From the NCBI RefSeq assembly GCF_009914755.1, contig NC_060935.1: a stretch of DNA of 64,000 nucleotides; one strand, written 5' to 3'. The translations under genes and the position numbers were made by a program. Origin of the DNA: the human T2T-CHM13v2.0 reference genome, Homo sapiens. Below the pieces are notes generated by a model. The model searched no databases. It saw only the letters and a list, made by a program, of their open reading frames with translations, and was not told the DNA's origin. Of this stretch, positions 1 through 17,270 are shown piece after piece; within the stretch, counting starts at the first letter, position 1; the number at the start of each line of letters is the position of its first letter.

Positions 1-556
1 ACTATATTGTTTAAGTGTCTGCTTCCTTAATTGAGAGTTCCTAAGGTTGAGAATCTATTTTTCTTATCTCTGGCCCTTGTGTATCTAGTATAGCACACAG
101 TACATCCTAGAGGCACTCAACTGATGAAATAAATAGGTTGTATTCTAAACTGCATCATAGAAACTATATTTCTGCATTAAAAAAAACTGTAAATTAAAGA
201 TACTTCCTGACCTCTTCAAATCCTCTCCTTTCTCAAAATGTCCATGGTGTGTAAGGGGGTGAGAGAAGCTCCTGCACAGACAGAAACAAGGCAGGAATCA
301 CAGCTGCTACCACCACTAACTTCCCTACTGCTTGCCATTATACTTTCTGGTTTACTCCCTAGTCCTTGACCCTCCAGAGAAAAAGAACCAGGACCAGGAA
401 AAGTGCTTTTGGTCCTTTAGGAAATCATCTGTAGAATGCCTGTGTTTAACACACAACTTATGGATAATCATGGAACAATGTACTTTTAGGCTTCTCAGGA
501 GTCCTAATATACCTCAAAAATAAGACATAAAGCATAATTATATGAAATAGAAATAA

Positions 557-893
<337 letters not shown>

Positions 894-929
894 ATGGAAA
901 GTCTTTAAGTCCCAACCAAGATGTCTACT

Positions 930-1027
930 TGAGAGAAAGCAGAAAATTTGGGGATGAGGCCCAGCAATCTGTGTTGTAGTAAGACCTCCAGGTGATGCAA
1001 GCTCCAGTGTAAGAGCAATCGCTCTAA
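930..1027. mobile_element. MER5A-like hAT fragment
   Basis: GGGATGAGGCCCAGCAATCTGTG...CCTCCAGGTGAT. Confidence 0.55.
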
Positions 1028-1750
1028 TTTACTTATTCATTTTATCATGTTAGGGCAAAGAATAGATACAAAATTTTAAGAAAAATTATGGAATAAAAAA
1101 TTAAGGAAATTATAATATCAACCAAACATTTTTCTGAGAATTAGGAAAATTCACCAACAAATCACTTTAGTAATAGCAAACTTTGGTTCAATTCATGGAA
1201 CACAGACTGAGATCCACTCTAATGTGCACATAATTTAAATTAAATGTGGGTTAATGATCCAAACTGGAAAAAATCTGTGCCCTCAGATCTCATTTATATT
1301 GTGATCAACTGATATTATTTGAACTCAAGGTAATTTAATCTAACAGGTACTTCTGTCAATCACAGAACATGGCTAAATTTCACTAGTATGAATGCACTGC
1401 ACATGTCTGGATGTAGCCTAGCAGAGAGAGATTCTCCACAGGTCCATATGATAAAAGCTATCAAAAGATCTTTCTTAAACTGATAAATGAAACATTTGTA
1501 AAAACAATTCTAATGAAGCTATCAATAATTTGGGGGCTATTTAAAAAAATTTTCAGCTCAAAATGAATATATATTGTACTAATGATCAGGTCATCATTTG
1601 TTCTGCCCTCCTAAGTGTGGAATCTGTTCTTGCTGGCATGATCTTTCCTCTAAGACCACACGTTTACACATTAAAGGTAGCGATGGGATTTTAAAAAGCT
1701 AACACAAGTCGATACTGTAGTAGAGTATAGACAAATAGGGGTTGAAAACA

Positions 1751-2115
<365 letters not shown>

Positions 2116-2316
2116 CTAGCAAAGCCTAAATGCTTCATAGCTACCACAGAGGTGCCCCCTCCCAACAAACACACAAGGGTGCAGACTCCCATGGGACATA
2201 GCTGGCTCACGTGGAAATGTCCCCATGGTCACGGTTTGGCTGACACACTCTGAGCTAATTAGCCACTGACTACATTTAGAAGTAAAAATTGCCTCAATTT
2301 TGTCCCAAATTGTTAG

Positions 2317-2639
<323 letters not shown>

Positions 2640-2665
2640 ATTACTGACCACTTCTTAAATGGTGT

Positions 2666-2706
2666 ATTAGCTTGGTGCAAAAGTAATAAAGTAATTGCGT
2701 TGTTTT
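2666..2706. mobile_element. MADE1 (mariner MITE) fragment
   Basis: TTAGCTTGGTGCAAAAGTAAT...AATTGCG, resembling the Hsmar1 terminal repeat. Confidence 0.55.
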
Positions 2707-2744
2707 TTTTTTAGTTACAAATCCTGTTCTGATTTCCCAATATA

Positions 2745-3880
2745 AAAATGTCAGGAAAATTAGACATCCACTATATTCCAGACACTGTTGCAGGCACTGA
2801 GAATACAGCATGGAACAAAATAAGGCTTCTGCCCTCATCTGTGCTTATATTCTAATGGAAAAAAGCACTAGGAAATAATAAATTAACGAATGAATGTCGG
2901 CACCTTTTGGGGGGAATAAGCCATTTATGGTGGCAGGGAGTGTTTCAGGTGGAGAAGGAGGGTGATAGTGGCTGTTTTCTAAGACAGCAAGGGATGTGAA
3001 GGGACAGCCAGGCATCAGGCAAGAAGCATGCAGTAGACAAAGGGAAGGGCAAACACAAGGCCCAGAGGCTGGCGTGGCTGGGGCAAATATGGAGGAAGAG
3101 TGGGAGGATGAGGTCAGAGAGGCTGCCACAGGGAAGAAGGGCTTCAAAGCCACTGCTGAGACTTGGGCCTTTACTCCCAGTGAGAGGGAAAGCAGAGGAG
3201 TGACACGATCCAACCCACAGTTTTAAAGGACCATGCTGGCAGCTTGCTACATGGTACTTTAAAAAAGCAGTTCTAATGAAGCTACTAATAATTTCTAGGA
3301 CAAGAGAATGCAGGGAGACGTTATTAGTAGTAGTAGTCTATTTACTAACTGACTACTGCTAGCCAGAGGAGAACTAGTGGCTGCAGCAGCAGAGGTGGCA
3401 AGAAGTGGTTGGCTTCGAGATCTTTTCTGAAGGTTCCGCTGATAGTCGGGAACTGCTGACAGATTGAATGCAGGTGTAGGAGAAAGAGGACTCAAAAATA
3501 CCTGCAAATGAAGAATGGAATTAATATTTAGGGATGTGACAAAGACTATAGGAAGATTGGCTTCCGCAAGGACTGCGGTGTGGGAATTTGGTTTTGGTCA
3601 TTTTTTCTTCCTTTTTGGGGGTCTTTTTTGGTTTTAGTCACTTTTGAGATGCCCACTACAGATCCAACTGGAGTTGGCAGCTGGATACCAGGGTCTGGAG
3701 TCCAGCTCCAAGCTGAAGATAAAAATCTGGTATTTTTATCTTCAAATAAAATCAAAGTATTAATGGCATTTCAAGCCATGGAATCAGATGAAATCTAGGA
3801 CTCAGTGCAGATCAATGAAGTCCAAGGACTGGGTGTCGGGGGCACTTTAACATGTATAGGTCAAGAGGAGGAGAAGCAGC
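2745..3880 (-). mobile_element. L2 LINE relic
   Basis: CAGACACTGTTGCAGGCACTGAGAATACAGC and further L2-like blocks. Confidence 0.7.
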
Positions 3881-5395
3881 ACAGGATCACAAAAGGAGCA
3901 ACAAGTGAGAAGCAGAGCCAGGCATGACAGGGACCACTCTGTGGAGGGAGTTACCAACTCAGGCAAGGACTATAGGTGCCCAGTAAGCAAATACTTTTAT
4001 TTTATGAGTCTAAACTCGTGGAAAGGATGGGCTATTGCTGATCTGTGAGCCTTGCTCAGAAACAACAGAGAACTTCTAAATGGACACAATGTCTTAAAAC
4101 ACGCACTTGTGAGGAAGACGGGGCTTTGCTTTAAGAAACAGATGGCAGAGGGCAATATCAGGAACGAGAGAGAGAGAGACTGACTCGCAGGCCAGAAAAG
4201 ACAAATGTAAGTTAAAATTATGGAGTGGGAGGTGATGGGAATAGGTTAGTTAATTTGAGAAGGCAAGCCTTCAGAGCGCTTATAGGATCTGTGTTAAAAA
4301 AATTTTTTTAAACTAATAGATTGGTTAAATCTCTGGATGGGAGTAATACAGATGATCTGAGTAGGAAAACGAAGTGGAATTCCTGAGGACTACTGTGCAA
4401 GGCTTTGTGCCTTCTACTTTCGTGAGTATTCACAGAAATGATGCAATCAGGCTCTGAGAAAATGGAATTGGGATTCTGCTCCAAGATGGGCAGCATCACT
4501 TCCCCAAGGGATTTACCCAGCACTGAAATCAACAGGAAGAGTCACCTTATGTGGTTTCACTGGATCAACACATGGGAAAAGAAGCACTTACTACAGATTC
4601 TGGTACCAAACATAAATAAGGAGGTGGGGGGTGAGGGGACAATTTATGATCAAGATAAAACATACTGGAAAACTGCTAAAATAAGAAATGTATTTAAAGG
4701 GGAAAAGATTTCAAGAATGATTTCCAGTTGTATTTAAAGCGGAAACTCCTAATCATAACACGATGCCACTAAGGTGAGAAGCGCGACACCCACCACCACC
4801 AGCACCACCACAATGCATTCCAAATCACCAGTGCTACCGTTGCTGGGGGGAAGGATAACTTTCAAAAGTATTTTTTCCCCAAACGTTTACAGTGAACCTA
4901 TTTACTTATAATCAGAAAAAAACTGAAAACCTTAATACTTTAACACATTTCAAAAGAAAGCAGCATTGATTCATAGAAAATGGGCTACGTTCACATAACC
5001 ATGCCTGTTCTATGCCAGTGATGGCCCCTCAACAAATGTCAATGCCCTTCTCTTTCCAGGCTCTTTATGAGATTATAAATTGTTGAGTGACTTTTGAGAA
5101 ATTGTGTCCAATTTGAGAACTCTGATTCCAATCCATTTTTACTTAAACACAGGCATTTTTTGCTTAATATCCTAAAAACAAACTAAGATTAAAAAAAAAA
5201 TCTGTCAAAAAAGTTAAAACACTGATTCTGAATGACTAGAAAGAATGTTAACGTAATTCCTGTGACATTACCGAGAACCCTCTAGCCAGTTGACATGCTG
5301 AACTTGTCTGCAAACAGTTTATCTTAGAGAAATTATCCAGTGGCAGGGAAACAATCCCCAAGTGGTTGAAAAAGAAAAGTCAATACACATTTTTA

Positions 5396-5692
<297 letters not shown>

Positions 5693-6127
5693 AGCAGGTT
5701 CTAGCCTGTTAGAGGACTTTCATAAATCTTTATTTAGAAAGGCAAAGAAAACATTTTTCAAGTGATTTAGTTATAATTTGGTAAGAAAACAATCCAGTAC
5801 ACCACTGGTTAACAGTGAGTGAGATTACAATGGAGAATGACATCACAAGCAATATTTACCTGCTACATGTTCAACTTTTCAAAATAAACATCTGTGACTT
5901 TTGTAACAAAATATTAAAGATACTTACACAAAGGAAAGGGAAACAGCTTGGCAGCTTCCCACCACAGGGCCTTTGCACTTGGGGTGCCGCCACACTGCTC
6001 CTCAGTCCCTGCCCAACCCCACTTCTCCAGCTATATAGATTTCCTTGTTATACATTTTAACCCTTAACGTTTCTCAGCATGGTGCTTATTACAACCATAC
6101 TCACTACTCTGTGTAATTATCTGGTAA

Positions 6128-6885
<758 letters not shown>

Positions 6886-7838
6886 CCATACACTTTCATA
6901 TCATTAGAATCCAGCACAAGACCAGACATAGGTCCATTCATATCACCTTCCCTTTCTATTCTCAAACCAACTGCTACACATAAGCAGAATCGGTTTTTAG
7001 TTTTCTCCTAAATGTGAAATCACAAAAGGACTTGACATCAAAGAATTCCAAATCGGTCTTTATCAATGGCTATTCCAAAGCCGTCTGCAATCAATATTGC
7101 AATAACTAAGGCTCCACGGAATCCTATGGTATCAATCCCAGCGATGAGGCCAATAAAAGAAGCCCTGCAAAGCTATCAGAAGCATTTGTGACCAATATTC
7201 CATCATAACACCATTAACACTGCTTGACAGGGCAATTTCTCAGTTGCTAATTTGTTAGAAAACTACCACGAATTCACGTTCATACCTGTAACCTTAAAAC
7301 TTGCTCCTATAAACATTGTTGTCTCACCTGAGAAGCTAGGTGACTTGTCAGAGTAGTTCAACGGGGTGTTAGTATTATGAAAAGAGAAAGGCCTCAGGGT
7401 TTTCATTTCCCTGAATTCACAATTATGCTTCTACCTAAGGCAGAGCCTTTACTTTAAAATTAGAGCTGTCACGCTAATTCAAATGGTAATCAGGTATCTA
7501 GAACCATCAACTCCATAGCAAAGAATACGTCTCTATACTCCTAAAATAATTACAAATGTCCATGATATTATCATTCCTACTTTCCTTCTCTAGCTTTCAT
7601 AGGGTCAAGCTTGGATGCATTTTGCTTCACCCAATTCAACAGCTTTCCCAAGTACCCTCAGGTGGTAATGCCCTCACTCAGGCCACCAAGAGAATAGCGT
7701 CTGAAGCTGAGCAGTTTACCTACCACCAAGGTAGAATGCTTCACCCACTGCCCTTTCAGAATAAAACGATGGCCACAGACACCATCACTAAGTTTTGAAA
7801 AAGACTAAACTTGTTGAGCTAACAGCTCTAAAGCAGAC

Positions 7839-8590
7839 TGTAGTATGGTGGAAAACGGCCCCCAAAGACATCGGCTCCTAATCTCTGGAGCCTGTGAATG
7901 CTACCTTATAAGGAAAATGGTCTTTGAAGATGTTATAAAAAATTTTGAGATAAAAGAGATTATCCTAGATTATCTGGGTAAGCCTTAAATGCCACTCAAA
8001 TGACTTTATAAGAGGCAGAGGGAGATTTGACACCTCACAAAGTACAGAAGGTGAAGCAGACTGGAGTGATGTGGCCACAGGTGAGGGAATGCTGCAGCCC
8101 ACCAGAGGCTGGAAGAAGCAAAGAGCAGCTTCCCTCCACAGCCCTGCCAACGCCTTGACTTTGGCCCAGTGAAACTGATGTTGAACTTCTGGCCTCGAAA
8201 ACCGTGAGAGAATAAATTTCCGGTTTTTTTTTTTTTTTTTTTTTTTTTGACACAGAGTCTCACATGTTGCCTAGGCTGGAGGCAGTGGTGCGATCTCAGC
8301 TCACTGTAACCTCCACCTCCCAGATTCCAGCAATTTCTCCTGCCTCAGCCTCCTGAGTAGCTGGGATTATAGGCACCTGCTGCCACGCCAGGCTAATTTT
8401 TGTATTTTTAGTAGAGATGGGGTTTCGCCATGTTGGCCAGGATGGTCTCGAACTCTTGACCTCAAGTGATCCGCCCACCTTGGCCTCCCAAAGTGCTGGG
8501 ATTACAGGTGTGAGCCACCGTGCCCAGCCCATTTCTGTTGTTTTAAGCCGCTAAGTTTATGGAATTTGTTACAGTGACCACATAACAGAG
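7839..8590. mobile_element. MLT1-family MaLR LTR interrupted by a minus-strand Alu (8224-8529)
   Basis: GGCCCCCAAAGAC...GAGATTATCCTAGATTATCTGGG...GAGAGAATAAATTTC [Alu] TGTTGTTTTAAGCC. Confidence 0.8.
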
Positions 8591-8725
8591 ATTATGAAAA
8601 ACTAAACCAAAGTAGAAACGCTTTACAGTTACCACACTCCAAAAATACATAAAATTCCAACATGTCACAGGAAAAAAGATTTTAAACAACTTTTAAAACA
8701 GTGTATTTAAAACAAGTTTTAAAAG

Positions 8726-8954
<229 letters not shown>

Positions 8955-9143
8955 TTAAATCATACACTATCCTTCAACTGAAGGTATAAAATGCAGCTAC
9001 TGAGTTATATAGATTTTGAAAATAGAGCCAGCCTCTTAATTACACCTCTGATTACTCACACACTTGCTAGGCCAGATAACCATGATCTTCCTGAATAGCA
9101 TTGTAATTGAACATTTTTCTATTTATATTAAAACTTACAATAA

Positions 9144-9532
<389 letters not shown>

Positions 9533-9918
9533 AGACGTTCGCAATTCTTAGACTTACTTATTTGGCTACTGATCTACAGCCAGACATGTAAGAAACTCCT
9601 AATTGCCTTATCACAGAAAATACTGCTTCATTCTTAAATATCACATTCAATACGTATTTACGACGAGGGATGTCATGTAAGAAAGACTTCATGTCTTCAT
9701 CTCAGTAGTTATTTTAAAACAAAGGTTTTCACTGATGGGGTTGTTGAGGGAAAGTCCTCAAAAAAACTTCCAGAAGAAAACAAAAAATGCCTGCTTCCCC
9801 CATCTCTCCACATTTGATCCATCTGCTTACCTAGCAGTGCCTAGAAATAAAATCAAGGATGCTTTCTTTGTTACTGTTTTCTCTAGGACTCAAACAGCCA
9901 TTCACGGTTCTAGAAACA

Positions 9919-9936
9919 GATGCCACCTAGTGTCAA
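9919..9936 (-). promoter_or_regulatory. CTCF-like motif
   Basis: Minus strand TGACACTAGGTGGCATC resembles the core CCACYAGRKGGCRS. Confidence 0.5.
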
Positions 9937-10572
9937 ATGACTGTAAGTACAGCCTTTACAGCCCACAGTTTCTGTCAGAAGTTACAAGAAGTACATCAAA
10001 GATTTTTACTGGGCAAGGACAAGTGTGAGGAAAAGCTTCCAAAAGGTGGTTCTTGGGCTGGACGTTAGAGGCCACTTTGAGTTTGCCAGCTGGTGGGCTT
10101 TGCAGAGGCAGCCCGCACAGGGATTAAGGATGTGGCTCTGCAGTCAAAGCACCTGTCCCACCCTAGCTTCATCCTTACCCCAGCAGTGTGAGCAGACGAG
10201 TTATTTAACTTCACCGATGCCCCACCAGTACAATGAAAAGAAGGCCTCCCTAGGTTTGGCACAAGATATTTTAAATGAGCACAAACTGCTAACAAATTAA
10301 GGTCTCCCCTTCCAAGTAACTAAGGCAAAAGTAAAGCAGGCCAGAAACATTCTTCACAAAACTTTAATCAAGTAGAAATTTCCCTTCTATTCCCCACCAT
10401 AACTCACACATGAAAAAAAAAATCTCATCACCTCACCAATTTAAAAAAGAACAAATGTGCAAAAGAATAATTATGACACAAGGCTGAGCACCAGTTCTGC
10501 TTTCCCTACAGTTCCCAAAGAGAAGGAATGTAACTTCTGGCTGCAACACGCATGATTAAAAATCATGCCAAG

Positions 10573-10852
<280 letters not shown>

Positions 10853-11123
10853 CTACATCTCCCATCCTAAACATTCAGAGGGACCACAGACTGGACTACA
10901 GAGCTTCTTACAACACAGTTTAGTTTGTGGTGTACCTGGTCAAACAGATTATTTTCACACCCTATAAAAGAAGATACAAACATCACTGCCCTTTAACACA
11001 CACTCAATACTATCATCCCCATTTTACAAATGAGAACAAAACTCAGAGAATTAGAAAAAAAACTGAAGTGAAGTCCAGGCTGAGAGACTGTGTACTGTTA
11101 ATATCACACAAAAAAGCAACACA

Positions 11124-12154
<1,031 letters not shown>

Positions 12155-12317
12155 TCAGAGCATACTATGGGAAGAGATGTAAGTAAGTATGTGGTTATCA
12201 ATCTGATGCGAGCTGTAAGAAAAACAAACAGGATGTTAGGAGAGAGACTAATGTAAGAATGGACTTGAGATGGGATGATCAGGGAAATATAAATCAAAAT
12301 TGTAAATATAAAAACAA

Positions 12318-12481
12318 GACCAGACATGGCAGCTCATCCTATAATCCCAGCACTTTGGGAGGCCAAGGCGAGATGATTGCTTGGGCCCAGGAGACTAAGG
12401 CTGCAGTGAACTGGGATTATGCCACTGCTCTCCAGCCTGGGAGGCTACAAGACCCTGTCTCAAAAACAAACAAACAAAAAA
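12318..12481 (+). mobile_element. Monomer-length Alu
   Basis: Left-arm start fused to right-arm end. Confidence 0.8.
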
Positions 12482-12942
12482 TACCTTTTTTGGGTCAAAA
12501 GCCCTCCTGGTACTTATTTATATGCACCAAACAAATATTTGCTTTAAACCCTCCAGGACCCTGAATGACGTCTGGTTTTGTTTCCTTTCCAAGGGGGAAA
12601 GTGAAGGGGGGTTTCCTATGGTGCCACTGGCTCACTGGCTGAAGGATCAAGCCCCCTTTTACTTCTCAGTGAGGAAAGCTGCAGCTTCCTAAAATCAGAT
12701 TGGTTTTCTTACTAAAAATATCTATTTCTCCATATGATGCAACATAAACATTGCCTCGAAAATAAAAATACTCCTCAGAGACCATTAAAATGTATCATAC
12801 ATTTCAACCGTGTTATACAAATCAGACAGGCAAAACAATTCATCGGGCCGACCTAGAATCCACTCAGTTCAACAAACTTATGAAGAACCTCCCAGAGCTG
12901 CCAGGCACTGTTCGTGGTGCTGGAATACTGGTCATGTCCAGG

Positions 12943-12961
12943 GAACACTAGAGGGCGCATG
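12943..12961 (+). promoter_or_regulatory. CTCF-like motif
   Basis: GAACACTAGAGGGCGCAT, close to the CTCF core. Confidence 0.55.
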
Positions 12962-13378
12962 AGAGCTTCTACTTTCAGGAAAATCAGTCGTTGAGTCAGG
13001 GAAGAAAACCAAACAGATGCATAAGGGGAAAAAAAGTTAACAGGGTAGAAAAGTACAGACTAGGAAGCAGAATGACCCTTCACTGAATGGGCCTTTTGCG
13101 TAAGGCCTGAGAAGCAAGCCGAGTGCCATTAGAGATGTGCTGACCAGGCATTCCTATAAAGGTGGCACAAGGTAGAAACACAGGTGTCACAACACACACA
13201 TTCGGTTTCTACTGGTTCCCCTAACATGCAGGACTCGGGATTCGCTAGCTCAGCAACCCTATCAGGTGAAACAGGTATTAGCACTACAACAAGGAGGCTA
13301 AAGCTCAGAAACAAATTGCTTTCCTAAACTCAAAGTGCTACTAAGTGGTAAGGGTGGGTCTAAAACCTTCATCTTTAA

Positions 13379-13757
<379 letters not shown>

Positions 13758-16390
13758 GGTACTGTTTTCTTTAGTGTGCTATTACAACAGACAAACTAAG
13801 ACAGCTTATAGAAATGCAACTGGCATTGTAGGAGTCATACAGGCCCCCAATCAAGCTTTGGGGGGGGGGACACTGATACCCTAGTCTCTCAATTCTAAAA
13901 CCCAACTGATTAACTATCTCATAATGACATTTCAAAAAAAGGAGGTAAAACTACATGAAACATGCAGATGAACTAAGGTGATTAGAGAGATGTCAAAATA
14001 TGATTAAAATAATTATTAGGAGAAAATAGGATGGCAGTGAAGTGTAAAAGATGAAGCATTAATACAATTTTGGATTGGAAGTGACCTCAGAGTCGTTTTG
14101 TAGACGGAGTCTAGGCCCTATCAATGACTTATACAAACAGTGATAGAGCAGAGAATGGAATAAGAATTGATTCTTATTCCATGGTCCTTCAACTATTCCT
14201 AAAATTACACTTCTATACAGCAGTCATCATTTGACATACGGCCCTAGAAGATGGCCTGGTGTTCAAGTCTGTCTCATTCGGAGACCGGCTAGCCCCAAAT
14301 CAACCCCATCCAGACACATAATGGATCACCCCCTGCATTTACTTAACATGCAGTATTGTAGCTAACAGGGTGATGGAGCGGAGGGAGGACACATGGTCCC
14401 TATCGTCAAAAGTGTGAGGAAGATTCTTAACCATCAGAGCGTTCTAAGGCTGACATAGTCGGGGAACTCCTGACCACGGAGAAGGATTTTGCCAATGGAG
14501 AGATTTGCCAATGTAAAGCTCATACATGGTACACAGAAACACGAAATAATGGGACCACGGCGATTTATCTGAAAGGATTTGCTCTGTAAGCCATGGGAAG
14601 GGCATTCCTGTGGACAGGGAGCTGCTTAGATGCCACACACACAAATCTCTTTATCACACAACCTGGCCACGAACCCAGGCCCTATAAACCCACAAACTGA
14701 TAATCAGGTAAAGGAAAATCAGATTCAACCTCCTTTTTAAATAACCCAAGAGAAAAATCACCAACATCCCCCACCCACTAAATTCTCTGCTGAAAGACAC
14801 GCAGACACCGGGACACTTCCTTCACACGCGTCTCTCCCTGTCAGAGTCCGCTACCCTCCATCCACCTCCACCTTCCCCAGTACTGTCCCCTGGCATTTGC
14901 TGCGAGAATAAAAAGTTCACTGCATGAGCAGTTCAGGGTGTTTGGGAAAGCAGATGAAAATAAAGGCGCGAGAGCACTTGGAAATGATCATGGATAAAGA
15001 ATCAAGCCCTACCCTACTCTCTTATTGAAGAAATATCTACCATATTCCCTTCACTCTCCAGCTCAGTTTTTAAAATATAATTATGTTTGTAAACAACATT
15101 AAAGTGGATTTATTTTGAAAAACTAATACAAACTATTAAGCTTGACAACTTGGAGATTAATAAATTAACCCATTCATTAAGGGTCTATGAGCACCTACTC
15201 TGTACCTGCCCGTGGGCGGACGAGATAACAAGAGACTCAAAAACTCACGAGTAACCACCCCAACGGCTGTGTGTGTGAAGGTTTCACCAGGAAGCAACAT
15301 TCTCACGGGGCCTTTCTGAAGGACAAGAGTGTACGGGGTGGAGAAAAGGGGTGGAGGAATGCCGGGCAGGGCACGGCCGACAGGGACCAGGTATGGGAAG
15401 CTATTGGAGCCAGAGCTTGGGAGAGGGACCAGAATGTCGAATGTTTAGAGATTACAAAGTGAAAAATGGGCTGGAGTTCCCACACAAGCCGGGATTAGAG
15501 CGTTTGTGGACTCTAACCTGGGAATATAAGGCGCTCCAAGAGGGACAGGGCCACACCTCTGGTTCAAATTGCTAAACCTTCAGATACACAATAAATCTGT
15601 ATTTACAGCAAGCGGCAATTTATGTATTTCAACATGCACACATTATCTGTAATTATTTCAGGTAAAAATGGTTTCCTCCTCTTTTGAAAATACTTCTTTT
15701 TACTACTAATTATCAATATTATAGGCGTGTTCTCAATATTAAAGACTAAAGGAAAAAAGTTATAGCTGGCAACTGCTTCCTCTAAAGATCCTACACAGCA
15801 AAGTTCAGACCTGTATGGCCATCCTCAACTACACTTTATATCAAACTGGTTTAAATCGAAAAAGGTCCACATCACAAAGAACCACAATCAATCAAATTAA
15901 TTCACCTGCCCTCTATTCTAAGGAAAACTCCCCCCACTCCAGGTAAATTTCATTTGGCAAATTCTTAAAAATTAACTTCAAAGAACACATGTTCACCTCC
16001 CCAGTATTCCGAAAGTTCCACCACTTAATAAATCGTTAAGTTACTGTTCCAGACCCGGGTCCAATAAACCCAAATAGACTGAATTTCTCAGCACCCAACT
16101 TGTTTCTATCTTAATCCAGCAAGTTGCATCGAGTTGTCATTGTTCCTCCTTCCAAGGCGGAGGTGACAACGGTGCACATCATCCGCGAATACGTGGAAGG
16201 ACAGACACACACCAGGGGACGCAGGGAGAGCGGATAAAGCACAAAGGGGACGCAGCGGCCGCGGGGTCGCCGGGCCACGGCCAGGGGCGCCGTCGGGGAG
16301 GAGGGTGGGCTGCAGGACGAGCTCGGGAGGGCTCCGAAATGCGCTCGGGCCAAAACAAAAACAAAAAGTTCAGCGCGGCAGTGGGAGCAG

Positions 16391-16449
16391 ATTGGGCGAG
16401 ACGGTTCACGGCTGCCCATTGGAGAAAAGGGAAAACAGAGTCCCCCAAT
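16391..16449. promoter_or_regulatory. Three CCAAT boxes (candidate NF-Y sites)
   Basis: ATTGG at 16391 and 16418, CCAAT at 16445; 27-bp spacing. Confidence 0.55.
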
Positions 16450-16750
16450 CGCGAGCGGCGGGGCTGCTCCCCTCGTGCGGCCGCGGGCCCGGCCCCGACG
16501 CTGCCCGGCGGCCGCTACCGCTCCCTTCCGGCCGCGGCCACCACTGCAGGCCCCGCGCCGGCCCCGCACCGGCCCGGCCGCAGCCCCGCCCCCCGCGCCC
16601 GGCCGCTTGCGCCCGGCCCCGGCCCCACCCGCCCTGGCCCCGGAGCCCTGCGACCGGCCTGGGCCCGCGGTCCCCCACGTCCCTGCCCGCCCCGTCACCG
16701 AGGCCGCCCCCCGCACACCCTCGCCGGCGCCCGCCCCTCCCCCGACTCAC

Positions 16751-16930
16751 CGCCTGCGCCGCCCCGCTCCTCCTCGGGGCGCGTCCCAGGCCCCGCTGCC
16801 CGGCCGCTGCGATGCGGGGCCGCGCCGCCGGGCCCCGCGTCCCAGTCCCCCCCAGAAAATTAATCACCAAAAATAATTCCAGAGAAAAATGGAGAGTAAA
16901 ATCCAAGATGGCGGCGCGGGCCGCAGCACC
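16751..16930 (-). other. KMT5B: Non-coding first exon (5' UTR) of probable KMT5B/SUV420H1; 5' boundary approximate
   Basis: Minus strand reads GCCGCCATCTTGGATTTTACTCTCC...GAGGAGGAGCGGGGCGGCGCAGGCG|GTGAGT, with a strong donor at 16751/16750 and no ATG, inside the CpG island. Gene identity is from my recollection of the KMT5B mRNA leader and was not database-verified. Confidence 0.75.
16904..16915 (+). promoter_or_regulatory. YY1 motif
   Basis: CAAGATGGCGGC, an exact YY1 consensus near the inferred TSS. Confidence 0.8.
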
Positions 16931-17089
16931 GCTCGCTCCCTCCGCTGACGGGAAAAATGAGTCCCCGCAGCGTCCGAGCCCCCCGCCCCCAACCGGCCGC
17001 CGCCGCCGCCGTCGCGCCCCCCGCGCCCCCGGCCTCGGCTCGCTGCGCCCCCGGCGCCCGCCCCCGCGCCCCGCCACCCGGGGCCTCAC

Positions 17090-17270
17090 CTCGCCTCGCG
17101 CACGGCCGCCCGTACGAAAACCGTCCGCCGGCTTCAGGACTCCGCGTCCCAGGTCCGTGCGCCGCGCGGTGCCGCCTCCGGTTCCCGGGCGTCCTCACCT
17201 CATCGCCCCGCTGCCCTGCCGCCCGCACCGCCGCCGCGTCGCCGCCCCCGGTGAGCCGCCTGGACCCCGC
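17090..17270 (-). other. Candidate alternative upstream first exon(s), donors after 17090 and 17199
   Basis: Two GAG|GTGAGG donor-consensus sites on the minus strand; start boundary is a guess. Confidence 0.45.

Noticed and set aside
16908-16920. + strand ATGGCGGCG as a start codon (MAARAAAP...)
   Set aside because: Better explained as the YY1 motif; splice donors and GC skew indicate minus-strand transcription
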